A program made the translations under genes and the position numbers. DNA of 63,586 bases, counting the filler, from Choristocarpus tenellus KU-1152 (lineage: Eukaryota > Protista > Phaeophyceae): the NCBI GenBank assembly GCA_964200185.2. It is 9 parts of 9 records of this genome, joined end to end, with 100 filler letters (N's around TTAATTAATTAA, not from the genome) between each part and the next. Parts side by side here need not be neighbours in the genome. Positions count along the whole stretch, not along the records: positions 20,091 to 26,771 come from CAXNAD020007576.1; positions 26,872 to 31,426 come from CAXNAD020014017.1; positions 31,527 to 36,435 come from CAXNAD020012572.1; positions 36,536 to 42,179 come from CAXNAD020010152.1; 5 more parts are not named here. The stretch is one strand, 5' to 3'. Shown one piece after another: positions 25,501-38,644 of the stretch (its first letter is position 1; each line of letters begins with the position of its first letter). A model generated the notes under the pieces. The model worked only from the letters and a program-made list of their open reading frames with translations, was not told the origin of the DNA and did not search any database.

Positions 25501-26354
25501 AATTGCACTCATCCGTGTGCTTGCTCACTCAAAGCGTGTTCTGGATATTCTCGATACATTCATATGTGTTTTTTTTTTATTGGCCAGTAGATTGTAGTAT
25601 CGCACTCTTTGTGTGTGTTTTACTTTTTTTATGTGTGTGTGTGTATGTGTTTTTTCCAAATTTAGTAGCCAATACGTTTGTGTATTTGTGTGTATATATC
25701 ACTAGAGCCGTGACTGTGATCATATTCTTTATGTTAGAAATTGAGAACCTGGTTTCCCCTTTAATCCCAACCAAGGTAGCACATACATGCAAACGGCCTT
25801 TTTCAACCACATTGGACACCATCCTTCCGAAACTTCTAACCCTAATCCTAACTCCGTACAGTAACATATTGACAAAACTCATGGTTTTTCAGTCAATTCC
25901 TGCCCAATATCATAAGTATTGCAATACAACAAAACTAATCGTACACACACGCCTTCCCTTAACACTCTCGTGAAACTATTCCTCTACAAAAAAAGAAATG
26001 AGTCACTTAACAACACACCCTGTTGCCCCCCCCCCCCCAACCCTCCTCCTCCCCCACATGCCTGCTCCTGCTTCTCAATATCTCCACTCACTAAGTGTAC
26101 GCATTCAGAAGTTTCCCTCCCCCCATCCCACCCACTGTCGGGGCTGCTGCCTCTCTCTCGGATTTTTTTTTTTAATTCTTAGTTTTTTTTGTACTTTTAC
26201 CTTAACCAAAATGGATGCAACACACACACACACACCCACAACACACACACACTCATGCACACGCAATATCAGGTGGTCACCAAGCCAGGACTCTCTGGCG
26301 ACGGTCCTGGATCAGTTCAAAGCGGCTCTTGATCCTTTTTTACCACTTTGGGAG
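22563..26354 (+). CDS. FANCL: E3 ubiquitin ligase FANCL, N-terminal part; exons 22563-22646, 22838-23032, 23383-23530, 23753-23846, 26273-26354; RING domain missing (contig end)
   Basis: FMAELKDVVEK, FYTRLVSEIDAVGW, DKAGREHVL..IPSDYP..PP..ADLP and LATVLDQF...LPLWE follow the FANCL ELF/DRWD pattern; phases consistent. Confidence 0.9.
24288..24546. mobile_element. MITE family B copy 2, in a FANCL intron
   Basis: TIRs GAGTCAAAGTATCTTAGAGGGTA / TACCCTCTCAGATACTTTCACTC; TTA duplicated on both sides. Confidence 0.88.
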
Positions 26355-28129
26355 GTGAGACATGTGTGTGTGGAGTGTTCGCATGATTCATAAAAAAACA
26401 ACAGCATTTTTTTTCTTTCAATGGAGAGGTTGCGAGGAGATGGTGTCGTGCAGACATAATATTTTTTTTGTGTATTTATCGTGCTTCCAAACAACTGAGT
26501 ATGTCCGTACGTTATGGCAAGGACGCCTTCAGTAATGGTGGTACTCCCCAAGTTAATACGCGTTGTTGTAGGCGTGTTGGGTTTAAGGTTAGGGTATCAG
26601 ACACTCAAATAACGGCATTGACAAGGTCAACTTGCTTCCTCAAACTGCATGCACTCACAAGACAGCCAGAGTACACACTCCACAGTTTTGGTCCATGTGT
26701 TCCCAAAGCTTATGTCACGAGAAAGTCAGAGGGGTCCTTGAATCTCAGCCCCCCCCCACCCACCCCCATCCNNNNNNNNNNNNNNNNNNNNNNNNNNNNN
26801 NNNNNNNNNNNNNNNTTAATTAATTAANNNNNNNNNNNNNNNNNNNNNNNNNNNNNNNNNNNNNNNNNNNNTTTGAAACCTACCACCAAACCCCCCAAAA
26901 ATTGCAACAACAAAAAATGGCCCCCGCATGGACAGCTGCCCACCCCCCCCCCCCCCCTCCCCCCCAGATACTTTGAGCCTGAGATCAATCAAAAACTGCC
27001 TACACCGAGACAAATCGTCTTGCCTTGTTGTGTGCTGCAGCTCACTCAGTTCAGTTTGAATGAAGGAGTGTGGTTGTTGGATATGTAAGCAACTGGACTG
27101 TGACCCAATTGCAAACCTACTCCATGATCTGGACCGGTACAAAGCAGATACCAATTCTTCACCCAGGTTGAACTTCAACATCCATTTTGAACAAATTAGT
27201 TGTTCTGAACCACATGAACACCTAGCAAGTTGTGCGTACTAAGAGCTCTGAATATTTTGACATTCAGGACTAGGCTTTTGGTCTTGGAGGCCAGTTGAAA
27301 AATTATTGGTAACGAGTTATAGGTGTGTGTATATGTGTTGCCCCAATTGACACTGTGCTGCTCAGCTCATGTGCTGCTGCTGCTGTGGTGTTGAACACTG
27401 GAAAAAGTCTGCAGTGTCACCTTGAACCTTCACAACTTCCCTGTGTGAAGCGTAACCTTTCCACAGGTGGGCAATACAGATATATAGACTGGTCCCACCT
27501 CACAGGAATGAAATGAAAACAAGGACAAAACAGCAAGCATCTCAAAGACTATCAAAATGGTGCTACTTCCTAGCACCGGACAATACCGCAGGTATATGAG
27601 GAACTTAAGGTCTTCACAAAGAATTATAACATATGTTCATGGAGATTCCGCACAAGGATTTGATCAAGATATGTCTTGAATGCCAATTTTTTGGAGTCAG
27701 TGTGCTACCAGCAGGTATGTAGAGGCACTAACAGGACGCTGTGAACCTCCGCCTGCTGCACCACATCCAATCTTACACAAACACTCTTCTTGTTTTTACT
27801 ATGTGAAGATTCCACAGTTGAAGGTCATCCCCCCCTCAGAGGTACTTAACTAAGCTCTTTGCAAAATTTCACAGGTGAAAAACTATTGATCAGAAAGGCA
27901 AGTCTGACTTGAGATGTTGACAAGAAGCACTTGGGAAATAAGGATCTCTCCCAAGCATTGCATATTCAAGGAGCCTAATAGGGAGTGAAAACAGTTGTCG
28001 TGTAATGTGCTCCTACAATTGTATATTGTTGATGTTGTTTGGTGAAACATCTATTGTATTTCAGAGTACTTGGATACATATTTTGCAGTTTTTCAAGTAC
28101 TATTTTTGTGCCAGTGCTAGGAATCTTGT

Positions 28130-29100
28130 GGGCACGGACTGACATCAAGAGGGGCAAAGGATAGGAGGGCAGGAGGATTGGTGAGGGTAATGAGAGTGTT
28201 AGATGTCCAAGTAGGTACAACTAAGGGTATGATTTCAGCAATCCAATACTACCACAATGTCTTACTTCCAACTGCCTACGCAACATTTCCTATTGTCCTT
28301 GGTGTCGAAAGGTATAAGTAGGAATCATTCAGGGGTGGGTAACCAGCCTAAGATGAGGAGACCACTGATATGGAAGATGACTGTAGAGACAAAACGGTGT
28401 TTGACAATGTTAGGGAGCGAAGGACAACTAAGGAGGTTAGGGCTAGGTTTCTCAGTCTTCTTTCAAGCAAGAGCATCAGAATTATGGGCGAATGATGAGG
28501 GAAGGGGGGTGCTTGGGGATTTCGCATTGAAGAGGAGAGATGTGGTATTGAGGAAGAGAATAGCCAGCCTGGAGTGGAAGGATAGACAGCATGGAGAGAA
28601 AATCGAGGTGACATTCACAGGGTTAAAAGAAGACCAGGTTAGGAAGGGGGCAGTCTTGAGGTACAAAGTGGAAGGCCAGGAGGTTGAGAAAGGCATGGAG
28701 AGTTTTGAGGTTGTGGTAGCAATCATGGAATATTTCCCAGACCTCCCACTTGATGCCCCGTTATTGACATGTAGGGATGGTGAGAAGTGGAAGGCGATTA
28801 CGAGAGGCCAGGCAACATTTGTCCTGGGGAGGAAAACAAGGGAACTCAAGTTGAGACAAGAGGAGTACACCCTACACTCGGGCAGGATATCAGGTACAAC
28901 AAGAATGGGAAGGATGGGGGCAACCGAATTAGTGATTCAGAGGGAAGGAAGGTAGAAGTCGGGGGCGTTTATGGTTTATGTTAAGGCCAACCAAAGAGAC
29001 CCAGTGTGGGTATCGATGGGTTTGGCAAAGAGTAGGAAGGATTGGGTGCAGCCAGGGCAGGAGGTGCAACTGCGAACTACATACGGACATCAAATTAAAG
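28130..29100 (+). mobile_element. Decayed tyrosine recombinase of a DIRS/Ngaro-like retrotransposon
   Basis: Catalytic series RASEL, K.DQ, HSGR, GR*KS.AF..Y (TAG where W is expected); intronless; upstream frameshift. Confidence 0.85.
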
Positions 29101-29898
29101 GGAAGGTAGGCTTGGTGCCTTCTAGTTCAAAGACACGGCATTGGAATAGATGATGGAGGGGTATTCTTGGATGTATGTGAAGTTTTGTGGTGTGGTGTGG
29201 TGTGGTGTGGTGTGGTGTGGTGTAGTGGAAACTAGTGGAAAGTGCTGTGGAATGTGGAGTGTTGTAGCTGTAGTAGAGGAAGGTAGAGTGGATTCGCGGA
29301 AATTGGTTGCATTAGTTCGTCATTGGATACATGGAACGTGACTGCATTGGTGGGTTAATGTAAATCAATGGCGATATTGGTCGCACCGGTTGGTCAGTAG
29401 ATACGTGGATGTTGGCCACGGTGGTTGGTCACTGGAGATACGGATTTGGCTGCATAGTTTGCCGAGTAAAATGGATAGTTTGGGGGGGGAAGGAAGAAGT
29501 GCTTTTGTACCAGCTGAGGAGAGGGAAAGTGGATGAAAGGCCAAGACAAGGCCAATAAATTTATTCAGAATTCGACACAAAGTAAGATATTAAGTTTGGG
29601 TTGTCTTAAAACAAAGGAAGATTCATATCATGACACAAACTATACAAACTACTCTGATATCAGTAGACTGGGATCTAGGTAGAACGGAAGACGCCCAACA
29701 TTTGATGAGTCCCACGTAACTCAACAAACAATAGTGGTAGATAAATGAGTGGATGATTGTGGTCAGATGAGATAAGTGTGTGGTATGTATCAATACGAAA
29801 CCGTATGGTAGGGAATATTTTACATTGAAGGCGACCGTATCAAAGTGAGTGAGGATTCACACACAGAGAACACAACCTTTTTGAAAATTGAAAATCTG

Positions 29899-31324
29899 AT
29901 GGCTGCATTTGGGTTGGTCGATGCGCCGCTCCTACCGAGTGTGGATGCGTTCATCAACCCAGAGAAGGATGATGAGTCGCGAATTCAATCTCTGAATGCC
30001 GTGGTACGATAACAAAACCCATAGTCGCAGTTCCTTACCACCCTCTCCGCAGACTCCTGTCAACCGAGTTCCTACTTACAAACGTGTAATTTAGGGATGA
30101 TAGCTACTATGAGACTATGAGGAGGTTTGGCACCCACCTAGAACGTTCAAAGATGCGCTCATCGGGGCGAGTAGTCCCCTCTTTCTTTGTTGTGCGCCAT
30201 GTTTGTGGAAGATTTATGCCCTAGTCTGAATGTCCTGGACAAGCTCTTCCATCTATGTTGTGGTTGAATGTTTATACATCTGTACTTGCATTGTCCTTCC
30301 TGGCTTTGTTTGGCTCAGTAATAGAATATATCTACTCTCTCTGCATGTTCATTAGGGGTTATCTGCCGTAATAGAGATATAAACAGGGTTGAACGCTTTG
30401 AGAAAATTTGTACAACGGGCAGAGGAACAGTGACCAATGTGCAGATATTTGTGAGGAGGGGTATAGAGGGGTCAATTCGCTGTTGCAGGAACAAATATAG
30501 ATTGACTAATCCCATTGGGGCTATGAGAAAAGGGAGCTTGAGGCAGGCATCAAGTTTGCCACCTTGTTTCTTTTGGCTAGTGGGCAGCGATGAGGCAACA
30601 TCCTGATTTTGAACATTGTTGAAGGACTGTTGACCTCACCGAGCAGGAATCAGAAACGAAATGGATTGAGGAGGGAAAGTTAAAGTAATGATTAGACAAG
30701 GTAGAACGCAAGAGTTTCCTCATCTGGGGATACCAGTATCCGAATGCAGAAATGGTGCTTTATGCACAGGTCAAGTCCAAGACTGCGCAGCAGATTTAAT
30801 CGTGTAAGAGGCAAGACTCAAGGGTGTCAGACCGCAAACCCAGAATACAAGATGACGGCTTAAACGGTGTTATGCTACGTTCATAAAGATGGTATCGAAC
30901 TATGAAAAACAGCATGTATCTAACAGAGACGCTTACACACTTGTCTTATGTTTGCTCCATCCTTGGTCATTGTATAATGCCCTTGCAAGGCGTGCATCTC
31001 ACGACTGCCCACCTTCCGCCCCTGAAAAACGTTTCCTGCTTCAGTGTGGCTTTCCATATTCCTAACGACAGACACACTCTACCGGTACCTCTACCTGTAG
31101 GATGCTTGAGGATGGCCTCTCTGTCCTCCAATTGCTGAAAATTGTAGTCATAACCTTTTGCTTATATTCTTGTGCTTTGTTTACCCTACCCCACCTTCCC
31201 CGAACACCCTTGTGTACATCACGGCTGTCTAAAGGTCCTCAACATCCACAGGGATGGAAAGGGTGCCTTCGAAGGGTTGGTCAGTACCCATATGGGAGAC
31301 TACATCACCAATGAAGATCCTAAG
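29899..31324 (+). CDS. MMS19: MMS19/MET18-like Fe-S assembly protein, first two exons 29899-30003 and 31235-31324; truncated
   Basis: Phase-0 join gives MAAFGLVDAPLLPSVDAFINPEKDDESRIQSLNAV-VLNIHRDGKGAFEGLVSTHMGDYITNEDPK, resembling the MMS19 N-terminus. The first exon is absent from the ORF track. Confidence 0.7.
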
Positions 31325-31526
31325 GCGAGAACAGACCCATCGATTTGCTGCTTCCCCCCCCCCCCCGCCCCACATGGAAAGCTGCCCTTGCACGAAATGG
31401 GCCCCCCCCTGGGTTTTGTTCCCTTTNNNNNNNNNNNNNNNNNNNNNNNNNNNNNNNNNNNNNNNNNNNNTTAATTAATTAANNNNNNNNNNNNNNNNNN
31501 NNNNNNNNNNNNNNNNNNNNNNNNNN

Positions 31527-31904
31527 CTCTTGTCTAGGAGTAGATGTCCTTGACTCCTTAGGTGCTGGTAGGAGCCCTAAGGTCGACCCACCCCCCTCAA
31601 CCTCCAACATACTTGAAGATGTCCTTGATGGTATTGAGGGGTAGGTCGAGCTGGGTTTAGTTTCTAGTCGTGCCCCCATCAAGCAGTCGACGCTTTTCGT
31701 CGACGTAGGATCGAATGTACTGGGATACTCGGCTTTTGTACCAATCATCTTGAACCCATTGATTGACTTACCTCCCCTAGCCCGTTTCAACATCAAATCC
31801 CGTTGACGGAGGAAGGGGTTATCATCCTCATCAGCAAATTTTGCATTGACGGCTGATACGAACGACGAAGATGCTGGGGTCTCTTTTCCCTGATGTTTAC
31901 TCAT
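31527..31904 (-). CDS. N-terminal exon of an unknown protein, cut by the linker
   Basis: Open frame of 126 codons from ATG to contig end (DEDDNPFLRQRDLMLKRARGG); divergent from UvrC. Confidence 0.6.
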
Positions 31905-32205
31905 GACATGGGGTTGACACGGCCCTTGCTATTACCGATAAATGTATCATTCCTTGATCGCTCAGTTCATCTTTACATTGGGATTAGGTTGTACTTCATT
32001 TCAAAACCAACCACAAGAGACCTTCGATTGATTTATGAACTCCCCTAATTTGTTATTCAATCACGAGACTGAGCAACGACTTGAATGAGAGATGCACTAG
32101 TGAGTGATACACAACCACCTTGGTCAAGAAGAGACTGTGAGGGATGGTGTACACTCAGAGCGCGCTCATGCCAAATCTTGCTCTCGCCCTGCATACCGCG
32201 CTCTG

Positions 32206-35200
32206 ATGATACTGAACTTCGTTACTTGCCTTTCTGGTCTTGGCGCGATGCTGGGACGCGTGCCCTTCACCCGGCCTCTTTTACCAGTAGTAAATCCATC
32301 TCTGCAGCTGTCACTCCGGAGGATCTCTTGTATGTCAATCCCCGTCGCCGTTGAGTCACCCGAGATAAATGATCCGTTCCGGCCAAGGCCTCTCCTTCGA
32401 AGATGTATCAGAGATGCACCACCAGAGTCAGGGGTTTACGTGATGGAGACCGCAGAAGGGCAAAAACTCTACATTGGAAAAAGTGTGAACCTTAGATCAA
32501 GGGTACCAAGTTATTTCAGTGGGGTCAGCAGCGAGGGAGAAGGTGCAGGTGACCTGACTGTCCATCCAGCTGCGAAGTTGTCGCGTCGAATCGCTGCAAT
32601 GACCACTCTCGTGCACAGGTGGGGGTGACAATGGAGCATGCCCATATTACCATAAGAGGATTAGTAGCCTCACTGACTTCCCCTTGTTAATTCTCGCAGA
32701 CCGTAGCTCGATGCTGGATAAGCAGAATCACTTGGTGGCGTGAGAGTTAGATCCGGATACTCTACAAGGCATTGTCCTCCTTATCAATCGCATCTATATA
32801 ATGCAGATTTGCCAACACCCCCACCAACCCGATTCACGCCCTTTCACTTGGGTATCTATGTCAGAATCGAGTACATAGTTACATCTTCTGGTGGAGAAGC
32901 ATTGCTACTTGAGGCTGCCATGATCAAGCAGCACCAACCACCCTTCAATGTGCTGCTCAAGGACGACAAGAACAACTGTGAGGCTTGAACGGCAATGTAT
33001 CGTCCCACTATACCGTCTAATCGGCTGAGTAGTGTATCCATTGTCGGTGTTAGCTTTACTTGCCCGAGTGCTAACTACCAGTATAGACGTTACAAGGACC
33101 GTTCCAATTTAGCATTATGCTGCTGTGTAGCATCATTGTATAGTCCTTCCATATGGGCGTTCCTGATCCCTCTACAATAGTTTGCGACGTGAATATTCAG
33201 ATGCGCAAATGACATAAGAAGAAGGTCGAGGTGAAGTAAGGAGAACCACCTAGGTGTGGGGGGTTTCATCTTCTTTTTATTGAAGTGTTGACACTAGTAT
33301 GTAGTCTTCGCATCACTGTTCTAACACAGTCGGTTTTGTTTTGGACTTAAGGTTTTGAGTTTTGGGCTGACCAAAGACTGGTCTAACAGGTACGGTTAAG
33401 CTACAGTAGTTTCAGATATTCAGTCAGTGTATGCAATGTGCATAATAGTAGGATCTGATGACGGGTTATTTTGTGTATGGGTTGAACCAATTTTGAGTAA
33501 ATTTTATTCTATTGGAAAGATAAGATTGAGTGTGTGACACGTTGGGCCCTGGTGGTTATTGACAGGTAACTTTGTCGGGCACAACTACTATGATATAAAC
33601 CCAATCTCATTAGCGGAAGAATGATTCTATTGTAAGTGTGTCTGATTCTGCATCAAGACGTGAGACCTTCCTTATTGGGGACCTAGGAATCGTTTGGTGA
33701 GAGGTAACAGGAGTCACTTACATTCAGAGAGACAAATTTTCCTGTTGGTGGAGAAGAGGGAAAAAGGTCTCAGCTTGTTGGACACAGCCAGCCATCCGTC
33801 TTATATATTTTTTTTGGTAAGGGTGTTCGGGTCCCACGATTTATCATACAGTTCTATTTCGAGAACTTCCAGTCAGCAGACTGAAATGCGGATACAAAAA
33901 ACGCTTTTCTGTGTACTGCAGCACACAACTTCCTTTTGTTCATGGGTGAATACTGTATGCACATACATCCAAGTAGTTCAAACAATGTGTGCTTGATAGT
34001 AAATCTATGGGGAATAATACTGGCATCAAGCAGTGTCTTGTTTTTCGGATTTGAAAACAGAAAGGGGATTTTGTTCCCTTCTCCCCACCAACATAACATC
34101 AATCCTCAGTTTCATGCCGCAAATATGGAGCACAACATGTTGTCAGCATTGTGCATAGCCAACACTATCCCATGCGGTAGTAGTTTGCAATGGCACACAT
34201 AGATGGGTTAAGTGGGGCCCACCAAATGCTGGTTGCAATCAGGTTTGAAAATATGTCTAAGCGACATTGAGGTATTTGGTGTTGATATGCAGTTTCTAAG
34301 AGGAGGTTGTCCAAGCCAGGTCTGCACCTCTTGAAATTGACCATAGTTTTTTATGTTGCACAGAAAGGTGTGGCTGATGGGGATGCCATCTTCTCTATCC
34401 AACTTATATCAGTGAAATGATCGCTTGAAACAATCTGGAGAGGGGTGACACATGGGTGTGTGATAAGTAGGTTGCTTGCTCTGGCTTCATAGGTGGATGT
34501 ACCAGAATCTCTTGCAGGATTTCAGCGTCCCTCGCTACCTAACACATCTCAACTCCACTGCATTCTGCATATCCAAGGAGCTCATCAATTTCGAACCAGC
34601 AGCAACACTTCTTTTACACTGTATGTTAAAAAAGGGGTGAGGGTGTGTGTGCACCCTTGAGGTGATGTCACCAGGGATTGTTTATACCTTGAGCAACTCG
34701 TTGGAGAAGAAGGTAAGACTGCTCCCCATTTGTTCTTCGAAGTAGGTCACAAGTGGAGACATTCAAGAGGTAGACATGCCCATGTTGAGAGCATGCAATC
34801 TGCACCGAATCGGTCAAAAGCAAGCACATCAGTTCTCGTGAACTTGAACTATATAGTACTACCACACTCCCTGTTGAGTTCAAGCTTCAGACTCAAAGTA
34901 TCTGAGGGGAGGTGGCGGCTGTCCATTTGGGGTCAATTTTTTCATATCGCCATTTTTGTGTGATTTGGTTGCATACATCAGATGGAAAATGTAGATGAAC
35001 TTTTCCTTATTTTTGTCCAAATGGACACCCTGGTGTAGACCCCCCTCCCTCCCCAGATACTTTTGGGTCTTCAGAGGTTAATCTATAAGTAAAGTTTGGT
35101 AGTGGGTAAAATAGGGACATTGTTAGGGTTAGGTCTTCAGTTGAGAATGACCACATTACTCCTATCAAGTCACGATCTGAATCAAAGCATGCACAACACA

Positions 35201-35545
35201 TCCTCACCCCCTCACTACCTTTGTCCTGGTCTGCTCTTATCACCATGTGCATTGTGTCCAGATCCATACCTGCTTGTCACATGGAGTGAGGACTACCCTC
35301 GCCTCTTAATAACAAGAAACAAGAACGCAGGGAACCAGGGTAGGTCATGGGAAGGGCAGGGAAAGGGGCGTGGGGGGCGGGCAGGAAGAAAGGGAGGAGA
35401 GAGAGCAGCGGATGGAAAGAGCAGAAATCGAAATGGAAAGGACAGGTATTATGGCCCGTTTGTTGATGCTGGACAACTGCGATCCACACTGTTGCTGGTG
35501 AAGAAGGTGTTTCCACTGAGGCAGCGGTCCCGACCAGTGTATGCA
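32206..35545 (+). CDS. uvrC: Excinuclease UvrC, GIY-YIG N-terminal part, cyanobacterial type; exons 32206-32618, 32865-32977, 35262-35545; 3' truncated
   Basis: PPESGVYVM...[17 protein letters not shown]; IEYIVT...[24 protein letters not shown]; [19 protein letters not shown]...DRYYGPFVD...VFPLRQR; in-frame GT-AG junctions. Confidence 0.93.
34890..35069 (+). mobile_element. MITE family A copy, in a UvrC intron
   Basis: GACTCAAAGTATCTGAGGGG ... CCCCAGATACTTTTGGGTC; (T)TCA on both flanks; body matches 4008-4192. Confidence 0.85.
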
Positions 35546-35619
35546 GTGAGTGGACTACCAGGGATAGGTTGTAGTTGGTTAAGGAGGGTATGGGACTATG
35601 TAGTGTTAATGTAAGTTTT

Positions 35620-36250
35620 GCTCCCTGTTTGTATCTATGGACACCATTGGTGGTTGTAAAGGGATTGACATTAGCGGCATCTCGATGGTGCTGGAAGCCA
35701 CAGTAGGGAAAGTGTTAGCAAAGAAGGGCTTACCCAGTCGTGTTTGGAGATCATTGATGGGACTCCCATGCCAAACACTAGACAAGGATGCGCAAGAATC
35801 AGGCATGGACTGTAAGGGCCAGTGTTTGACGACACCAAGGACCCTGCCCCTGTTATAGCTGAAATCTCACGAACAACCACAAGAGCGAAGTCTGTAGAGG
35901 TAGTACAGGCCACCATGGAGAGCGTGGACTTGATTCCTGGGCCAGGAGGCTTGAGGTTCAGGTACATGGCACTTGTGATGGTTATCAAGCGCGGAGATGT
36001 GAAGAAGACAATCAAGGAGGTTGAGAGTGTTGTGATCTTTCTGTAGAAGGGGTTGCAGTCGAGGAAACGTGGAACGGGTGGGACATAGACTTTAATGACC
36101 ATATGAGGTATTAATAGTACCAAGCGTAGGTTTGGGAACCCTGTTGTCGTGAGTATAAGAATGGGCACAACAGGATGCTGTGTTCCATGTTGTAGGTTTG
36201 GTCATGAGTGGGTGAAGTCCACCAGTCCAACACTCACTACATCAGCATTT
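35620..36250 (+). mobile_element. Highly decayed non-LTR RT fragment (possibly CRE-like)
   Basis: PGPGGLRF resembles the PGPDG motif at the start of non-LTR RT; many stops. Confidence 0.3.
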
Positions 36251-36819
36251 AGCATCATCAAACACCTCATGCTACATCCTGTACATGCTGACTACATGAG
36301 TTAGCATGTGGGTAGTATTAGACGTGGAGGATGCTGGCAGTGTTTCTGTACAGTATCTACGCAGAGCAGTTAGGGGAATAAATTCCATGGGGGGGTAAAA
36401 CTCAGACAGTGGGGGGAGGGTTAGACTTAGCTTTGNNNNNNNNNNNNNNNNNNNNNNNNNNNNNNNNNNNNNNNNNNNNTTAATTAATTAANNNNNNNNN
36501 NNNNNNNNNNNNNNNNNNNNNNNNNNNNNNNNNNNTTTGGGAAAAGACCCCCCCCGTGTGGCCCCCCCCCCCCCCCCCCCCAGATACTTTGGGTCTAAAG
36601 AGACTGCGTACCTTCATCAAGTAGTGCGGCAAATGTCTATACCACACCTCACATCCTAAGGACGCTCCACAGCTTTTCGGCAGGGGGGGGTCAACATGAG
36701 ACTTGGAAGGAGTGGTGCCGATTGAGGCAGACGCTGAAGCGACTTGTGCACATCTTTCAACAAGAGACAATGCTCATGATGATGGATTACACGAGGTTTC
36801 AGCCCTCAAGACACTCAAA

Positions 36820-36970
36820 AACTGACATATCTTGCCAACAAGTGTTTGGCGTCCTCATACAAGTTGACTATACCAAACTAGAGCAATGGTGGTTCCAGAA
36901 AGACAACAACAGAGTGGCTATCAATTTTACAGAGCGAGCACACAGCAACTGGACGATTTGCCCAGCAGCA
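36820..36970 (+). mobile_element. Possible decayed Ty1/copia RNase H remnant
   Basis: KDNNRVAINF...HSN resembles copia EDN..AI...HS.RTKH; short and degenerate. Confidence 0.25.
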
Positions 36971-38644
36971 GGGTCCAACATGGATCTACGTTCTGAAGAT
37001 GGACTTGCCGCCCAAAATGTAGAGGATAGCAAACGTTTGGGGTAGAGGACTTGGATTGACATGGACGACGATGATCCTTCCTTTTCATCTGAGCAATTGC
37101 CGAACATTAAGGGGCATCCTAGGCAAATCGACATCATGCCAAGGGTATACCGTATGTGCCTATCAGACGGATGGTGGGACACATATTGCTGTAGCAGGTA
37201 CTACGACCTTGACAGACGGGGAATAGAAGGTTAGAGTTGTGAATTCAAATAGAATTCAAATATTCCCCAACGGACTGCTTCATACTTCTATTCACATGGC
37301 CTTGACGCAAGGGGGACTCCCGCCCTTGGCTCCACAGTGATACAGCCCGCCTTGACCCAGCACCTTGTGTACTAACCCCCATGCTCTCTTCGGTCCACAT
37401 CACCCCCCCATCTCTACCATGAGTATAACACTCTCCACTGAGGTGAACAAAGGACGGATCCAAAACATTCACCAAATGCATTATGAGGAGTGTCTACAAA
37501 TCGACGCTAAGTCTCAACCTCTTACACATTCCTTCCGCATCCACTGTCAAACATGGAGTTACCACTGTTCCGCAAGCATAGACAGTTGCAGAATAGGAAT
37601 GTTATTTGTATGCACCACTTCAGTATAGGAATTTGTCTAAAACTCGTTTCCTACTTCTACTCAGGTAGAGAATACACACAAGATCTGCACTGTACTGATC
37701 ATGCAAAGTGTGTGCGTCCTCCACGTCTCCTACCTTCAATATTGTAGCTTGTCTGTAACAGTTACACATTGGGGTTAATGTTGTACGAGGAACTCAGGTT
37801 GATAATGCTCTTCATTTTCCTTTCTTGTTCTTTCTTCTGATGTGGGGTGGTTGCTGGAACGGATTCATATACACAATGGTTCAACTTATTTGCTCTACCT
37901 TAGCGTGGTGTCCCTACGTAGTTCCTTTCCCACATACACTTCTTACTTCTTCCACAAAGGTTCCACTTTTTCTTCGAGTGTTAGTGGTTCGTGAAAAAAT
38001 AAACATAACAGATTTCGTCAGCAAGTCAAACGTAAAACGGTTCGTGGAAGTGAACTTTGTTTTCCATGAATTCGATGTTCATGGCGAGCACCAAATATGT
38101 ACCCCTCGCGCGCTCGCGTGTAGGTATGCTAAAGCAAACCTGTATAGGCTCTGCAACACAAGGGGTGGCTTGGCGTGCGTGCTACTCATCCCCACGCTGA
38201 CTTTGTGGGGTGCTATCCTTGGATTTCTTTTTGTCAAGGAACGATAAGCGTGACCATCACACAGAGAGGTAGATTACCTCTCAATCAGGCGAGTTTTATG
38301 GGGTTGGTATTCCTTCACCCTACGACCCTTGGTTGCAACGAAGCCAGCGAATGCTGGCTCGGCTCAACCCCACTCATACTCCTAGTTCAAGGTCTTCTCT
38401 AGTTTTAACTCCAGATGGTGTACCTGTTTTAACGAAGAAGCTTTTCCGGTTTGATGACTCCCTGACCAGCGGCCTGAACGAGCAAGACACCTTCGCGTTT
38501 TGCTTTCTCCCTTGATCCCAAACAGCCTGTTGATGTCAGAACCTCTACTTTTAACGAAACCTGTAAGTGCGTTGAAACTTCTCCCAAACACCATGTCCAG
38601 GCTACGATATCTGCAATTGAGGAGCTGTCGAAGTGGCACCATTC

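Noticed and set aside
28257-28955. Phage integrase or prophage
   Set aside because: Motif style fits a DIRS-type recombinase, it is disrupted, and no phage genes are nearby.
22563-35545. DNA-repair gene cluster (FANCL, MMS19, UvrC)
   Set aside because: The three genes sit on different contigs separated by artificial linkers, so linkage is not established.
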